A stretch of DNA of 64,000 nt from Macrostomum lignano (GCA_002269645.1 NIVC01000461.1:62001-126000), one strand, 5' to 3'. Shown: positions 11,640 to 25,641, counted from the stretch's first letter. Numbers and translations: made by a program. The notes: a model not told the origin generated them from the letters alone.

Positions 11640-14600
11640 GTTCAATATTTGATAACTTTTAAGAGGTCTTGCCCACGTCCTGTGCCTTCTGAACCTTCTG
11701 ACTCTGAGCTTTCTGCTAGTACAGCAGCTGCAACTGGGGCTGGACCATGCTTGACTGGCTCTACTTCATCTACAGTGCCTGTACTGCCTCTAGCTCTGCC
11801 TACTGAATGTGAACCAGAATGCTCACCATCGCTGAGCATTCCTATGAGTCTGTGACCCATGTCAAACAACTCTACTCAGACTGCTCTTGCTGTTGCTGTC
11901 TGTATTGCATGTTGATGTTATTGCTATTACATGTATATTTACCCATATTTCACTACAAGTGTAATTGTATTTGTTTTTTTACTACAAGCATATGCATCCA
12001 ATTTAACTTGCTCTTCCTGGCAAATTTATTCAAAAAAATTAAAATGTTACAAATTGATGGTAGACCCATGGCCATAAGGAAAGATTGGTTATTTTTGACA
12101 TTTAAGACCAACAAACAAATATAGGATTACGCTGGATAGAACCAAAACCGATATCCCCAAAAAATCCTGGCTACGCCCCTGTCTGGCAGTGGTACTAATT
12201 CAACCCACTTTGTAAAGTAATCTATGATTGTCAGCATATGATCATTCCCCTTGGTGGATGTTGCAATTTTACTATATTTATTCCAATTCATTGCATTAGA
12301 AACCCTGTGGTAATATGACAAAGAAGGGCATTTCTGGCTGTTGATGGCTTTGCCCACTGATACTGCTAACATTCTCTTATGTAAATGTTGACATCATTGG
12401 CTAATTTTGGCCAATAAAACTGCTGCTTGAGTGTATTCACTATGTGCATGCATACTTTAGTGGATGCTTTACTTAAAAAAGGTTTTTGTTGCACACCTCA
12501 GGACCATACATGCGCAACAGTTGGCCAAGTTGGCCAATCTGGCTGACCATTTTGGCAGCCAACCAAGGTAAGTTGCAAAAATGTCCACCCAAATAAATAC
12601 CCAAGTAGTACTAAGTAGATAATGAGGCATTTTACCTTAATAAGACTTTTTTATTTTTATTTTTTATTTTATTTTTGAGTTTTTTTACATGTAAGTCACA
12701 TTTTTGGCCAAAAACTATGTTGCATTTTTTGTTAAAACAAAGTTGCATGGCCAACCAAATTTTAGAGGTTGCACATGTATGCTCAGAACTCACACTTACA
12801 TTCACATTTAGAGAGAGCTGAAGCCCACCTCCAATTAAGCAAGATGAGCATCTTACCCATTTAAAAAAGGTTCATGACTAATAGAATACATGCAATAATA
12901 GTATTACCTTTAATTAACTCAACCCAAATAAGATACCAGAAAGCCACTTACTTAGTTGGGATAGCACCAGTTGTTTGACAACCATGCAATGATCATTGGG
13001 AAAGTACCATAGCTTATATCTATTGTCCAGAGCTGTGGCAACTTTGTGATACTCATCAAAAATATTTTTCTTAAAGCAAGTGTCTTTGCTGAGCCTCCAA
13101 CTGATTCTTTAAGTGTATCCTTTATGCACAGCTGCAGTGTGTAGGTAGTACAATCTGCATTCTGCACTTCAAGGAGCCTTCCACATGTTGTCACCTGCAT
13201 CATGGAGTATGATTATGATGCTGCCATCCAAACCAAACTCTGCAACTTTATTGGTTATCAGTGATGAAATGTAGGCATCTGTATAGGCTGACTCAATTAG
13301 CAAAGCACCAAGCACATAATTTTGCCACTTTAACTGGTTATTAAAGAAGTGCTCTGTGATGCTCAAAAGATCAGATGTGATAGCCATTTGGACATCATTA
13401 GGTAGGCTGGGCTTCAGGCCATTGAGTATCTTATAGTTCAGGGTATCTAGCTGGCTTCTGTAGAAGTGTTCTGATTTGAATTTATATTGGCTCTCTAGTA
13501 CAGCCACTAGGCGCTTGAATCATACACAGTTCACAACTTCGAAAGGATCATTGTCTAGTAAAATTATCTACAAGACTTTCTAGTCAAGTTCCTTTGCCCT
13601 TGGGTAGTTTGGTGGCTATTTTTGGCCATTTTCCTTTAGCTCAAATAATGTTCTCTGCTTTAGCTAGCTATGGCTTGAGGTGGCAGCAGCTTCTAATTTT
13701 GCCTTTTTGCAGCACTTTTTGCTGCATCATCTGCCATCATTTCCTCATATTGTGCTTGATGAGGCCTTTTTATATGGTGGCACAAGCTAATTGTGCCACT
13801 GCTGGTCCCACAGTTCACATTAAACCCACAAAGCTTGCACTTAGCAAGGTGACTATCAATACTATTCTGTTCAGTAAAATACCTCCATATAACAGGTGGT
13901 ATTCTTTTCTTTTTCCATTGCTAGTTTAATGGTAGACCAACTGGCTGGCTTAGCTGGAATGTTGGCCAAAATGTTACAAGCATGTAAAGTTCAAAAACAT
14001 TGGTACTTAATATAAAACACAAAATGGTAAAATAAAATAAATAAATTCTTTTTTCTTTCTCTATATTTTTGGTTTTCAAAATCAAAACAAATCCTAAATT
14101 CCAAGAGATCCTAGGAGTGCAATGTAAAGTGGCAAACTGCAGCAAAGCAAAGTGCAGACTAGAAATTTAAAAATAGAAAGGTAATGTGTGCATGTGTGTA
14201 CTGTGTATGAATCTTAAAGACATAGACTCTTATATAGTCAAGACATCTAGTATATTGCTTTGCAACATGATTATTTATTACTTTCTCCACTCTTAATTGC
14301 ACTGGCTAGTGGGTGTGGTGTGGCTAGTAAGAGGTTATGTAACTTATGTTATCAATAGAATAGTACAAACTTAACAAAGCATTTATAAACAAGATTGGTT
14401 TCACTTAAAAGAAATATTTTCCACTGTCTTAGCTACTCCAAAGTGTCCCTGTGAATGAATTTCATCAATCAACTCATGTCACTTTGCTGGAAGAGTTAGC
14501 ACTGGCTTTGTTTTCACTAAAAAGTGCATCAGAGTAGCATGATCTACTCTAATCAAAAACTTATGCCCTGCAAGATAGGATCTAAACTTCTTATTGTACA

Positions 14601-15310
14601 TGATTCAAGTACCACTAATAATTCTCTTTGAGTGACACAATAATTTCTTTCTGCTAGATTCAATGCACAACTATTGCAAGCAATTACTTTTTTTGTATCC
14701 ATTTTGGACCTGCAACAAACACAACCTACGCCAAATCCACTAGCATCTGTATCAAGAATGAATGGACTGCTACTACTTGTAGTTTCAGGAAGGGCTAGGA
14801 TTGGTGCTGAGGTCAAGCATTGCTTCAAGCTTTCAAAACACTATTCTTGTTCTTCTATCCATGTGAAATGTTGGTTCTTTAAAGTCAGTTGGCGCAAAGG
14901 TTCAGCTAATGAAGAAATGTTTTGTATGAATTTGTGATCTAGTATGATGCAAGGCCTAAAAAACTTTGCACTTGCTTTATAGTTCATGGTTGAGGCCAAG
15001 TACAAATTACTTGTACTTTTTTTGTTGACCACAATACCATTTGGAGTGATTTTATAACCAGAGTATCTTGATAGATTTTGAAGCAAAGAGACATTTGCTA
15101 AGCTTTAAATGGAGGTTAGGATCTTTAAGAAATTGGAGGACTTTTGTAAGGTTCTTATTATGTTCTTGTAATGACCTGCCCAAAAAGGCACATTTTTAAG
15201 ACTAAATGGTGTCACACAGAATTGATACAGGCCCTGATGGCATATAAATGCAGTTTTCTCACTATCATCCTGGTACTATCATTCTGGAAAATATCCCATT
15301 GCTTGTTAAG
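11640..15310 (-). mobile_element. Heavily decayed Ty3/Gypsy LTR retrotransposon pol (RT, RNase H, integrase), split by a ~2-kb insert
   Basis: RT EKTAFICHQGLYQFCVTPF (~15200-15270); RNase H PFILDTDASGFGVG...ERNYCVTQRELL; integrase EIHSQGHFGVAKT (~14420-14470), QFYWPKLANDV (~12390-12425) and LTIIDYFTKWVE. Many stops and frameshifts. Confidence 0.9.
12760..14160 (-). mobile_element. Decayed hAT transposase with an N-terminal BED zinc finger, nested in the Gypsy; ends uncertain
   Basis: BED-like AKCKLCGFNVNCGTSSGTISLCHHIKRPH (~13760-13845); hAT core SITEHFFNNQLKWQNYVL, AEFGLDGSIIIILHDAGDNMWKA and YTLQLCIKDTLK. Confidence 0.75.
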
Positions 15311-16369
15311 CCTAATTACTAATAAGACTACGCTTTGCTAGTCAGACTTTGCTTGCCTTAATACTAAAATACTAAAATCCTAAAATAAGACTTTGCTTGC
15401 CTTAGTACTATACTATTTATATTAATAATATATCATGTAAAGTCAGTAGCACCTTTTGTTTGATTGGCCTAAGTGGTCTTATAGTACTAAATCTATGAAT
15501 GATCTTATTCCAATTCCTAAGTTTATTCCAAGGAAAATTTCTCTTTTAGTCCTTGTATTACTAAAGTTTAAAATAAAAAGTCATAGCTCATGGCACCCAG
15601 TTAAATACTAAATCTGCAGTGGAATTGGAATGGAATAGCACAATAAAATATAGAATCTGTAATGAAAAGGTAAATTTTAGAATGAACTACAGATTCCACT
15701 AACTTTCAATTAGGCCTACCCACAAATTTCCTAAAAATATTAATATTATATTTATTAACACCCTAATTAAAAAAATTATAGCTTTTTTCTCTAGGTTTCT
15801 AGAAAAAGAAAAAAAAACAAATATAAAGAAAGAAAGAGCATTAACTAGTTGAAGCCAAATAGAAAATTTTAAATTGCATGCAAACCAAAGCTGTTACACA
15901 GAGGCTCTTCAGATACAACTGTTGCATATTTGTAAAATTTTAGCAGGCTATGTACATGTTTTTCTGTTGCACAAAGATAGATAGATAGATAGATAGATAG
16001 GCACTGTAGTGTAGGAACAAAAAGATAAGTATTCTTACTTCACACCCAGGGCAATGGGGTTTTATTTTTAGAATTAAAGAAACTAAACCACATCATTGTG
16101 TTCTCTATATTTTGCATGTTTTGTGCTTATAGTTATTTTTAGCCTCAACTGCTAAGTTAGTTTGGGGTGGATCTGAAAAGGGCCGTTTTACTTTACAGTT
16201 AGTCCTTTTAATACACAAAACATGTATGACAGCACGTTTCACTTGCTAGTAAAGAATGTTTTAATGATTTTTTTATTTTAGTAGAATTCCTGTTCATGTT
16301 TTATAATAAACATTTCTATCGATTTCTTATTTCAGACATTGCCCCCCACCACCAGGCCAAAAGTCTGCC

Positions 16370-19300
16370 ATGAACTCGCTAAGCGTGCCAGCTGTGACCC
16401 AGGCCGGTTTCAACATGACAGTCGGTCCGCCAACCTCCGTATCCAGCCCGCAGCAGGAGAAAGAGCTCCTCTATCGTTGGATCCTTGATCTAAACAGTCT
16501 GGAGAGTCGCGAGACCGCCCTGCTGGAGCTGTCAAGGAAGCGTGACGCCATTCCGGAACTGGCTCCTCTGCTGTGGAACTCCTTTGGAACCATTGCCGCT
16601 CTGCTTCAGGAGATTGTGCAGATCTATCCGTATATTCACCCGCCCGTGCTGTCTGTGAGTTTCCTAATCGGCTGCTCTGATAGCTCACTTCCAAGTTCGT
16701 GTGTGTAGAATTTATAAAAGTTTATCGCTCTTTAACCACCCTGACAATCGCTGCTCAAACGCCCCGAGAATCACCTCTCAACCACCCTGAGAATCGCCTC
16801 TCAACCACCCTGAGAATCACCTCTCAACCACCCTGAGAATCACCTCTCAACCACCCTGAAAATCGCCTCTCAACCATCCTGAGAATCACCTCTCAACCAT
16901 CCTGAGAATCGCTGCTCAACCATGCTGAGAATCGCCTCTCAACCATCCTGAGAATCGCTGCTCAACCATGCTGAGAATCGCCTCTCAACCACCCTGAGAA
17001 TCGTCTCTCAACCACCCTGAGAATCACCTCTCAACCACCCTGAGAATCACCTCTCAACCACCCTGAGAATCTCCTCTCAACCACCCTGAGAATCTCCTCT
17101 CAACCACCCTGAGAATCACCTCTCAACCACCCTGAGAATCGCCTCTCAACCACCCTGAGAATCGCTGCTCAACCACCCTGAGAATCGTCTCTCAACCACC
17201 CTGAGAATCTCCTCTCAACCATCCTGAGAATCACCTCTCAACCACCCTGAGAATCGCCTCTCAACCATCCTGAGAATCACCTCTCAACCATCCTGAGAAT
17301 CACCTCTCAACCATCCTGAGAATCACCTCTCAACCACCCTGAGAATCACCTCTCAACCATGCTGAGAATCGTCTCTCAACCACCCTGAGAATCGCCTCTC
17401 AACCATGCTGAGAATCGTCTCTCAACCACCCTGAGAATCGCTGCTCAACCATGCTGAGAATCGCCTCTCAACCACCCTGAGAATCACCTCTCAACCATGC
17501 TGAGAATCGCCTCTCAACCACCCTGAGAATCGCTGCTCAACCATGCTGAGAATCACCTCTCAACCACCCTGAGAATCGCCTCTCAACCATCCTGAGAATC
17601 GCTGCTCAACCACCCTGAGAATCGCCTCTCAACCACCCTGAGAATCGCTGCTCAACCACCCTGAGAATCGCTGCTCAACCACCCTGAGAATCACCTCTCA
17701 ACCACCCTGAGAATCGCTGCTCAACCATGCTGAGAATCGCCTCTCAACCACCCTGAGAATCGCTGCTCAACCATGCTGAGAATCGCCTCTCAACCACCCT
17801 GAGAATCGCTGCTCAACCACCCTGAGAATCGCCTCTCAACCACCCTGAGAATCGCCTCTCAACCACCCTGAGAATCGCCTCTCAACCACCCTGAGAATCG
17901 CTGCTCAACCACCCTGAGAATCGCTGCTCAACCACCCTGAGAATCGCTGCTCAACCACCTGAGAATCGCTCCTAATCGCGGCAAATCCCTATCAAAAATC
18001 CACTTAACGAACCCTTAAGCTTGCTTAGAATGAAATACACTGTACAGTTAACTTAATTCCACCGCACCGCAGGCGCACCAGTCCAACCGGGTCTGCCACG
18101 CCCTGGCCCTGCTGCAGTGCGTGGCCTCTCATCCGGACACTCGGGCCCAATTCTTGCAGACGTCAATTCCACTCTATCTCTATTCGTTCCTGCACACATC
18201 GTGCCGATCCCGCCCGTTCGAGTATCTGCGGCTCACCTCGCTAGGCGTTATTGGCGCCCTGGTTAAAACAGACGATGCGGACGTGATCGCCTTCCTGCTG
18301 CACACGGAGATCATACCGCTGTGCCTGCGCATCATGGAGACGGGCTCGGAGCTGAGTAAAACTGTGGCCACTTTTATCTTGCAAAAGATTTTGCTTGACG
18401 ATACCGGCTTAGCTTATATCTGCCAAACCTACGAGAGATTCGCCCACGTGGCCAGCATCCTTAACAAGATGGTGCAGTTCCTTGCTAGGGAGAGGAGCGC
18501 CCGCCTATTGAAGCCGGTGGTTCGATGCTACACCCGCCTGGCCGATAATCCGCGGGCAAGGCAGGCCCTGGCTACCACTCTGCCTGATGCGCTGCGGGAC
18601 GACACTTTTCAGGTTGGTTACCGGCTGCTGGGCTGGGGGAGCCGCTGCTCACTCTGGGATCGGAGGGGATGCTCACTCTGGGATCGGAGGGGATGCTCAC
18701 TCTGGGATCTGAGGGGATGCTCACTCTGGGATAGGAGGGGATGCTCACTCTGGGATCTGAGGAGATGCTCACTCTGGGATCTGAGGTGATGCTCACTCTG
18801 GGATCTGAGGAGATGCTCACTCTGGGATCTGAGGTGATGCTCACTCTGGGATCTGAGGTGATGCTGACTCTGGGATCTGAGGTGATGCTGACTCTGGGAT
18901 CTGAGGGGATGCTCACTCTGGGATCTGAAGGGATGCTCACTCTGGGATCTGAGGGGATGCTCACTCTGGGATCTGAGGGGATGCTCACTCTGGGATCTGA
19001 GGTGATGCTGACTCTGGGATCTGAGGGGATGCTCACTCTGGGATCTGAGGTGATGCTGACTCTGGGATCTGAAGGGATGCTCACTCTGGGATCTGAGGGT
19101 ATGCTCACTCTGGGATCGGAGGGGATGCTCACTCTGGGATCTGAGGTGATGCTCACTCTGGGATCTGAGGTGATGCTGACTCTGGGATCTGAGGTGATGC
19201 TGACTCTGGGATCTGAGGTGATGCTCACTCTGGGATCTGAGGAGATGCTCACTCTGGGATCTGAGGGGATGCTCACTCTGGGATCTGAGGGGATGCTCAC

Positions 19301-21691
19301 TCTGGGATCTGAGGGGATGCTCACTCTGGGATCGGAGGGGGTGCTCACTCTGGGATCTGAAGAGATGCTCACTCTGGGATCTGAGGGGATGCTCACTCTG
19401 GGATCGGAGGGGATGCTCACTCTGGGATCTGAAGAGATGCTCACTCTGGGATCTGAGGGTATGCTCACTCTGGGATCTGAGGGGATGCTCACTCTGGGAT
19501 CTGAGGTGATGCTCACTCTGGGATCTGAGGGGATGCTCACTCTGGGATCGGAGGGGATGCTCACTCTGGGATCTGAGGTGATGCTCACTCTGGGATCTGA
19601 GGTGATGCTGACTCTGGGATCTGAGGTGATGCTCACTCTGGGATCTGAGGGGATGCTCACTCTGGGATCTGAAGGGATGCTCACTCTGGGATCTGAGGAG
19701 ATGCTCACTCTGGGATCTGAGGGGATGCTCACTCTGGGATCTGAGGGGGTGCTCACTCTGGGATCTGAAGAGATGCTCACTCTGGGATCGGAGGGGATGC
19801 TCACTCTGGGATCTGAGGAGATGCTCACTCTGGGATCTGAGGTGATGCTGACTCTGGGATCTGAGGGGATGCTCACTCTGGGATCTGAAGGGATGCTCAC
19901 TCTGGGATCTGAGGGGATGCTCACTCTGGGATCTGAGGGGATGCTCACTCTGGGATCTGAGGTGATGCTGACTCTGGGATCTGAGGGGATGCTCACTCTG
20001 GGATCTGAGGTGATGCTCACTCTGGGATCTGAGGGGGTGCTCACTCTGGGATCTGAAGAGATGCTCACTCTGGGATCTGAGGGGATGCTCACTCTGGGAT
20101 CTGAGGGGATGCTCACTCTGGGATCTGAGGTGATGCTCACTCTGGGATCTGAGGTGATGCTCACTCTGGGATCTGAGGGGATGCTCACTCTGGGATCTGA
20201 AGGGATGCTCACTCTGGGATCTGAGGTGATGCTGACTCTGGGATCTGAGGGGATGCTCACTCTGGGATCTGAGGTGATGCTCACTCTGGGATCTGAGGGG
20301 ATGCTCACTCTGGGATCTGAGGGGATGCTCACTCTGGGATCTGAGGAGATGCTCACTCTGGGATCTGAGGTGATGCTCACTCTGGGATCTGAGGAGATGC
20401 TCACTCTGGGATCTGAGGAGATGCTGACTCTGGGATCTGAGGGGATGCTCACTCTGGGATCTGAGGAGATGCTGACTCTGGGATCTGAGGTGATGCTGAC
20501 TCTGGGATCTGAGGGGATGCTCACTCTGGGATCTGAGGAGATGCTCACTCTGGGATCTGAGGGGATGCTCACTCTGGGATCTGAGGTGATGCTCACTCTG
20601 GAATCGGAGGGGATGCTCACTCTGGGATCTGAGGTGATGCTCACTCTGGGATCTGAGGGGATGCTCACTCTGGGATCTGAGGTGATGCTCACTCTGGGAT
20701 CTGAGGTGATGCTCACTCTGGGATCGGAGGGGATGCTCACTCTGGGATCTGAGGAGATGCTCACTCTGGGATCTGAAGAGATGCTCACTCTGGGATCTGA
20801 GGGGATGCTCACTCTGGGATCTGAGGTGATGCTCACTCTGGGATCTGAGGGGATGCTCACTCTGGGATCTGAGGTGATGCTCACTCTGGGATCTGAGGTG
20901 ATGCTCACTCTGGGATCTGAGGTGATGCTCACTCTGGGATCTGAGGGGATGCTCACTCTGGGATCTGAGGTGATGCTCACTCTGGGATCGGAGTGGATAA
21001 TGACTGATCACACTAAGATCGGAGGGGATAATGACTGCTCACAGTGGGATCGGAGGGGATAATGACTGATCACACTGGGATCGGAGGGGATAATGACTGA
21101 TCACACTGGGATCGGAGGGGATAATGACTGATCACACTGGGATCGGAGGGGATAATGACTGATCACACTGGGATCGGAGGGGATAATGACTGATCACACT
21201 GGAATCGGAGTGGATAATAACTGCTCACACTAAGATCGGAGGGGATAATGACTGATCACACTGGGATCGGAGGGGATAATGACTGATCACACTGGGATCG
21301 GAGGGGATAATGACTGATCACACTGGAATCGGAGGGGATAATGACTGATCACACTGGGATCGGAGGGGATAATGACTGATCACACTGGAATCGGAGGGGA
21401 TAATGACTGATCACACTGGAATCGGAGGGGATAATGACTGATCACACTGGGATCGGAGGGGATAATGACTGATCACACTGGGATCGGAGGGATGAATGCT
21501 GCTCACTCTGGGATCGAAGGTGATAAAGGCTGCTTAGAAGAGTACACATTGTCTAGGTGACTATCACCCCCAATTTGCAGGAGATGATGCAGCAGGACGC
21601 CAGCATCCGCGCCTGGCTGCTACAGCTGCGCCAGACGCTTCAGCTGGCCCCAGCTACCCAGGACCTCTTCCCGCCTCAGACGGCCAACTAA
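16370..21691 (+). CDS. CNOT9: CCR4-NOT subunit 9 (RCD1/RQCD1/CAF40), 311 aa; exons 16370..16654, 18073..18612, 21581..21691
   Basis: Motifs [49 protein letters not shown] and [18 protein letters not shown]. All junctions GT-AG and phase 0; TAA at 21689. Confidence 0.97.
16735..17970. repeat. 23-bp minisatellite (CAACCACCCTGAGAATCGCCTCT) filling CNOT9 intron 1
   Basis: Tandem units with variants occupy most of the intron. Confidence 0.97.
18646..21510. repeat. Compound minisatellite in CNOT9 intron 2: 21-bp array (GATGCTCACTCTGGGATCTGAGG-type, to ~20990) followed by a 31-bp array
   Basis: 7-aa periodicity in the long ORFs; the second unit TAATGACTGATCACACTGGGATCGGAGGGGA shares its core with the first. 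Confidence 0.97.
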
Positions 21692-22730
21692 AACAAAAAT
21701 GAGGATGGAACTTGTTTGGACAAAGACGAGAGTTTAGAATGCTTTTATTACCTAGTGTCATTAGTGTCATTAGTGTAATATGTCGAACCCAATATTAACT
21801 GAACACCTTAAGTAATGCTATGCTAATGCTATGTTTTAACCGTATTTTTAATTACAGTTTTATATATTTGCCGTTTTCGAAGCGATTGAGAGTACATCCC
21901 AGGCGTCTCAGATTTTCATTCTCAGACCTGAAAATCTCGTTTTGTTTATTTAATTCGTTCAGTCAGCATAGCTAGGCAGTTTTTATGACACCAACGAATG
22001 CCTCAATCCGCTAGCTACTATAAGTAGCCAAAATGTGTTTTTTGCTTTATATCGATTTTCGAAATTTCCTCCCCCATCCTGTTCTGTTGCCTCCGCGCCC
22101 ACCGGAAGACATGTGTGATTGTTACATTATTATTCGAAGCATTGTGCTTAGTCTGTATATATTATATAACTATGCTTATTACATCCTACATAGCTGAAGC
22201 ATCCTCTGCCATAGCATATTATGTACATACATGTGCATGTACTAATAATACCTGCAGCTGTTGCGTTCAATTCAACCTGACTTGCAGTATAATTTCCCTA
22301 AATTCGAGCCGCTCTGCGTCATTAGAGATTTTAGCCTCGACGCTGTTTTTAATTGCGCTAGCCGAACATTCGAATTCGATCTTTCTCTACTTGTCTACTA
22401 TTAGTAGGAGTGCAGGCGCCTTTTCTATCTTTTTTAATTAAAACACGCGATTAAACTTGACTACATGTAGCTGGAACTGATGGCTCTGAAATCGATTTTT
22501 TAGCATTAAGCATGTTCGACACGGTGTAATTAATAAATTCATGTTTTGACTGTTACAAGCTGTGAGCAGATGCCTGCAATTGAGGCAAAATATAAACCGG
22601 GTTTCCATCCTGTCTTTACGTGTTCGCATCGCGTTAATTGCGCATTCGGAAATTTTACAGTTAACTTCCGCTTTTGTTCTTTATCGGGATGACCGCCACC
22701 ATCTAGCTCCTCAGTTGCTGGTCCACTGCG

Positions 22731-23235
22731 CCACCATCCCAGATCCTCCGGCCACCACCACCCTCCCAGATCCTCCGGCCACCACCACCCTTCCAGATCC
22801 TCCGGCCACCACCACCCTCCCAGATCCTCCGGCCACCACCACCCTTCCAGATCCTCTGGCCACCACCACCCTCCCAGATCCTCCGGCCACCACCACCCTC
22901 CCAGATCCTCTGGCCACCACCACCATCACAGATCCTCCGGCCACCACCACCCTCTCAGATCCTCCGGCCACCACCACCATCACAGATCCTCCGGCCACCA
23001 CCACCCTCCCAGATCCTCCGGCCACCACCACCCTCTCAGATCCTCCGGCCACCACCACCATCACAGATCCTCCGGCCACCACCACCCTCCCAGATCCTCC
23101 GGCCACCACCACCCTCCCAGATCCTCCGTTGCTGGGCCACCACCACCCTCCCAGATCCTCCGGCCAACACCCTCCCAGATCCTCCGGCCACCACCACCCT
23201 CCCAGATCCTCCGTTGCTGGGCCACCACCATCCTC
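22731..23235. repeat. 27-bp minisatellite (CCAGATCCTCCGGCCACCACCACCCTC) between the convergent CNOT9 and H3.3 3' ends
   Basis: PDPPATTTL periodicity; no splice or start context. Confidence 0.93.
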
Positions 23236-23687
23236 CAGATGTTCCAATCGGGTCAGAGCAGTAAGTAATTAATAAACAGCTAAAACAATTAACAATAGAC
23301 ATTTAAAAAGTATACAAACAATAATGTTTTACGACTTCGCCAGAATTGTGAGGTTAATTGTTATTGAATTTAAAATTCTGATTGAATTCTAAACTGATGA
23401 AAAGTATATTGTCACTGAGTTTTAATTTGTACAATAAATAATATTAATAAAGAGAATGACTAATGCTGTGCATAAAATTTATTAATAGCTATCAGTCTGC
23501 CTGTTGCTTAGCATAAGTTAAACTGGGAAAATTGTAATTGGTTGAATCGGTTACGTAGTACTAAAAGTAGTACACGATTTGTATATAATATTTTGTCACA
23601 AAATTGAATAGTTTAGAATTTCAGACGATTAAGTAGTTGCACGTTTTCACCTACTTAGTGATAGTAGGTCGATCAGTTTTTCAAGCC

Positions 23688-24098
<411 letters not shown>

Positions 24099-25125
24099 TT
24101 AGCTGATTTAAAAATCGGATTCAATTAAGCATGCAAAAGGTTAAAGTATTTACCAGTATACAAAATTACAAAACTATTTGTTCGACAATAAAAGCCTAAG
24201 GAGTGAATGCTAGTTTCAATCTATGAGCATAGTATAAAATTAAACAGATTTTAACATTATAGGGAATACTTGGAAGACCAGCTGAGAATGTCTGGCAGTC
24301 AAGGCATGCCTACTATCGAGGCTTGATCAGCAAAACTAGAGAAATTCGCATCAGGGTGTTCATAGTCACCTGGTGCCACCTGTTGAAGGTCCAGAAGCTC
24401 TGCCTGGGTGAAGGCCAGCAACCAAAAAAGGCAGAGCTGACAGACACATGTGGTTGATGTGCTAATAAAATTTGGAAGCTTGGCAAGGCTATACTCAGGC
24501 ACAGTGCTGATTAGTGCATAGGGGTATATTGAATAAACAAGCATTTATAGAAAAAATCAACCTTCTAGCAAAATTGTCAAATATCTTGATGGTCTAGAAG
24601 GCTAGCAACTTATTCTTGTTAGGTATACAATAAAAAGTTAGCCCACATTTTTTTCTTTTGTATGCCCTGTACCTGTATTATTCTATCCAATGCAGCAAAA
24701 AATCTATCAAGGAAGGGAGAAAGGAGAATTCCCCTATCAAGTAGTTTGACTAGTAGAAGAATGGCTTGGTATTCTTACTATCAAATAATAGTCTTATAAT
24801 TTTTAATATGGAATTAAGCAATGTGACAAAAGCAAACTTGGGACTACTTTAAGGTATTAAAGCAGATTTTGAATCTGAGTTTTAGGGAATCAAAGCATTT
24901 TGAAACAAAGTTTTTTGGTCTTAAATTAATATTCTAGGGTATATATGCTGTGATCCTAACTATCTTGCTTTAAATGACTAGGGAAATTTAGTCAATTGCA
25001 TTTTTCTCTTTTTATAGTGGTAGGGCCCAAGGTGAAATTCATCTTAAAAACAGAAACTACATTCTAAAAAGTAAAAAATTAAATATAAGACCAAATATAA
25101 GTAGAACTTAATTTAAAAAATTTTG

Positions 25126-25641
25126 GGCGATTTTCCTCTTTTGTTTGTTAAATTATTTTTTCAATTTGAATCGGTGCGTAGACGCGAAAAAGTGACGTGG
25201 CAGCATTTGAAATTGTGCCTATTGAAAAAATGATGTGGCAGTAGTGGAAAGGACATGGGGTTGCTGCTGACACATGTCTATGGCACTACTCACCTACTCG
25301 GTTTGTGGCAGAGTATAGGCAGCAGCTTGCACTCGCTCCTTGCTCCCCTTCCCACTCTCGCATGAGCTTTGACTTATCGCATTCGAAATTTTACTCGAAC
25401 TGCAACATGGCTGGGCGCCCAGCGGCACCTACATTCATTGTCCCTCCTGGACAACTGTGTCCCTGCTGTCATTACATGTCGTTTACCATTACCATTTGTC
25501 TTTAGATAAACAACTCCATCCAACTTTCCGAGAAAAATTTAAGTCCCAGCATCCCATTACTGTCGTTTTCTGACATTACTCAGTAGTCACAACTTGTTTC
25601 TGTCGAAAAAATAATTTAACGAACGAAAGAGGAAAATCGCC
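25126..25641. mobile_element. Non-autonomous DNA transposon (Merlin- or MULE-like MITE), 516 bp
   Basis: ~36-bp TIR GGCGATTTTCCTCTTT(T/C)GTT(T/C)GTTAAATTATTTTTT; exact 8-bp TSD AAATTTTG (25118..25125 and 25642..25649). Confidence 0.8.

Noticed and set aside
18572-21062. Three ORFs of about 770-800 aa
   Set aside because: Translations of a 21-bp stop-poor minisatellite inside CNOT9 intron 2, open on both strands.
22562-23272. Mucin-like PDPPATTTL ORF
   Set aside because: 27-bp tandem repeat without a signal peptide or splice context; open on both strands.
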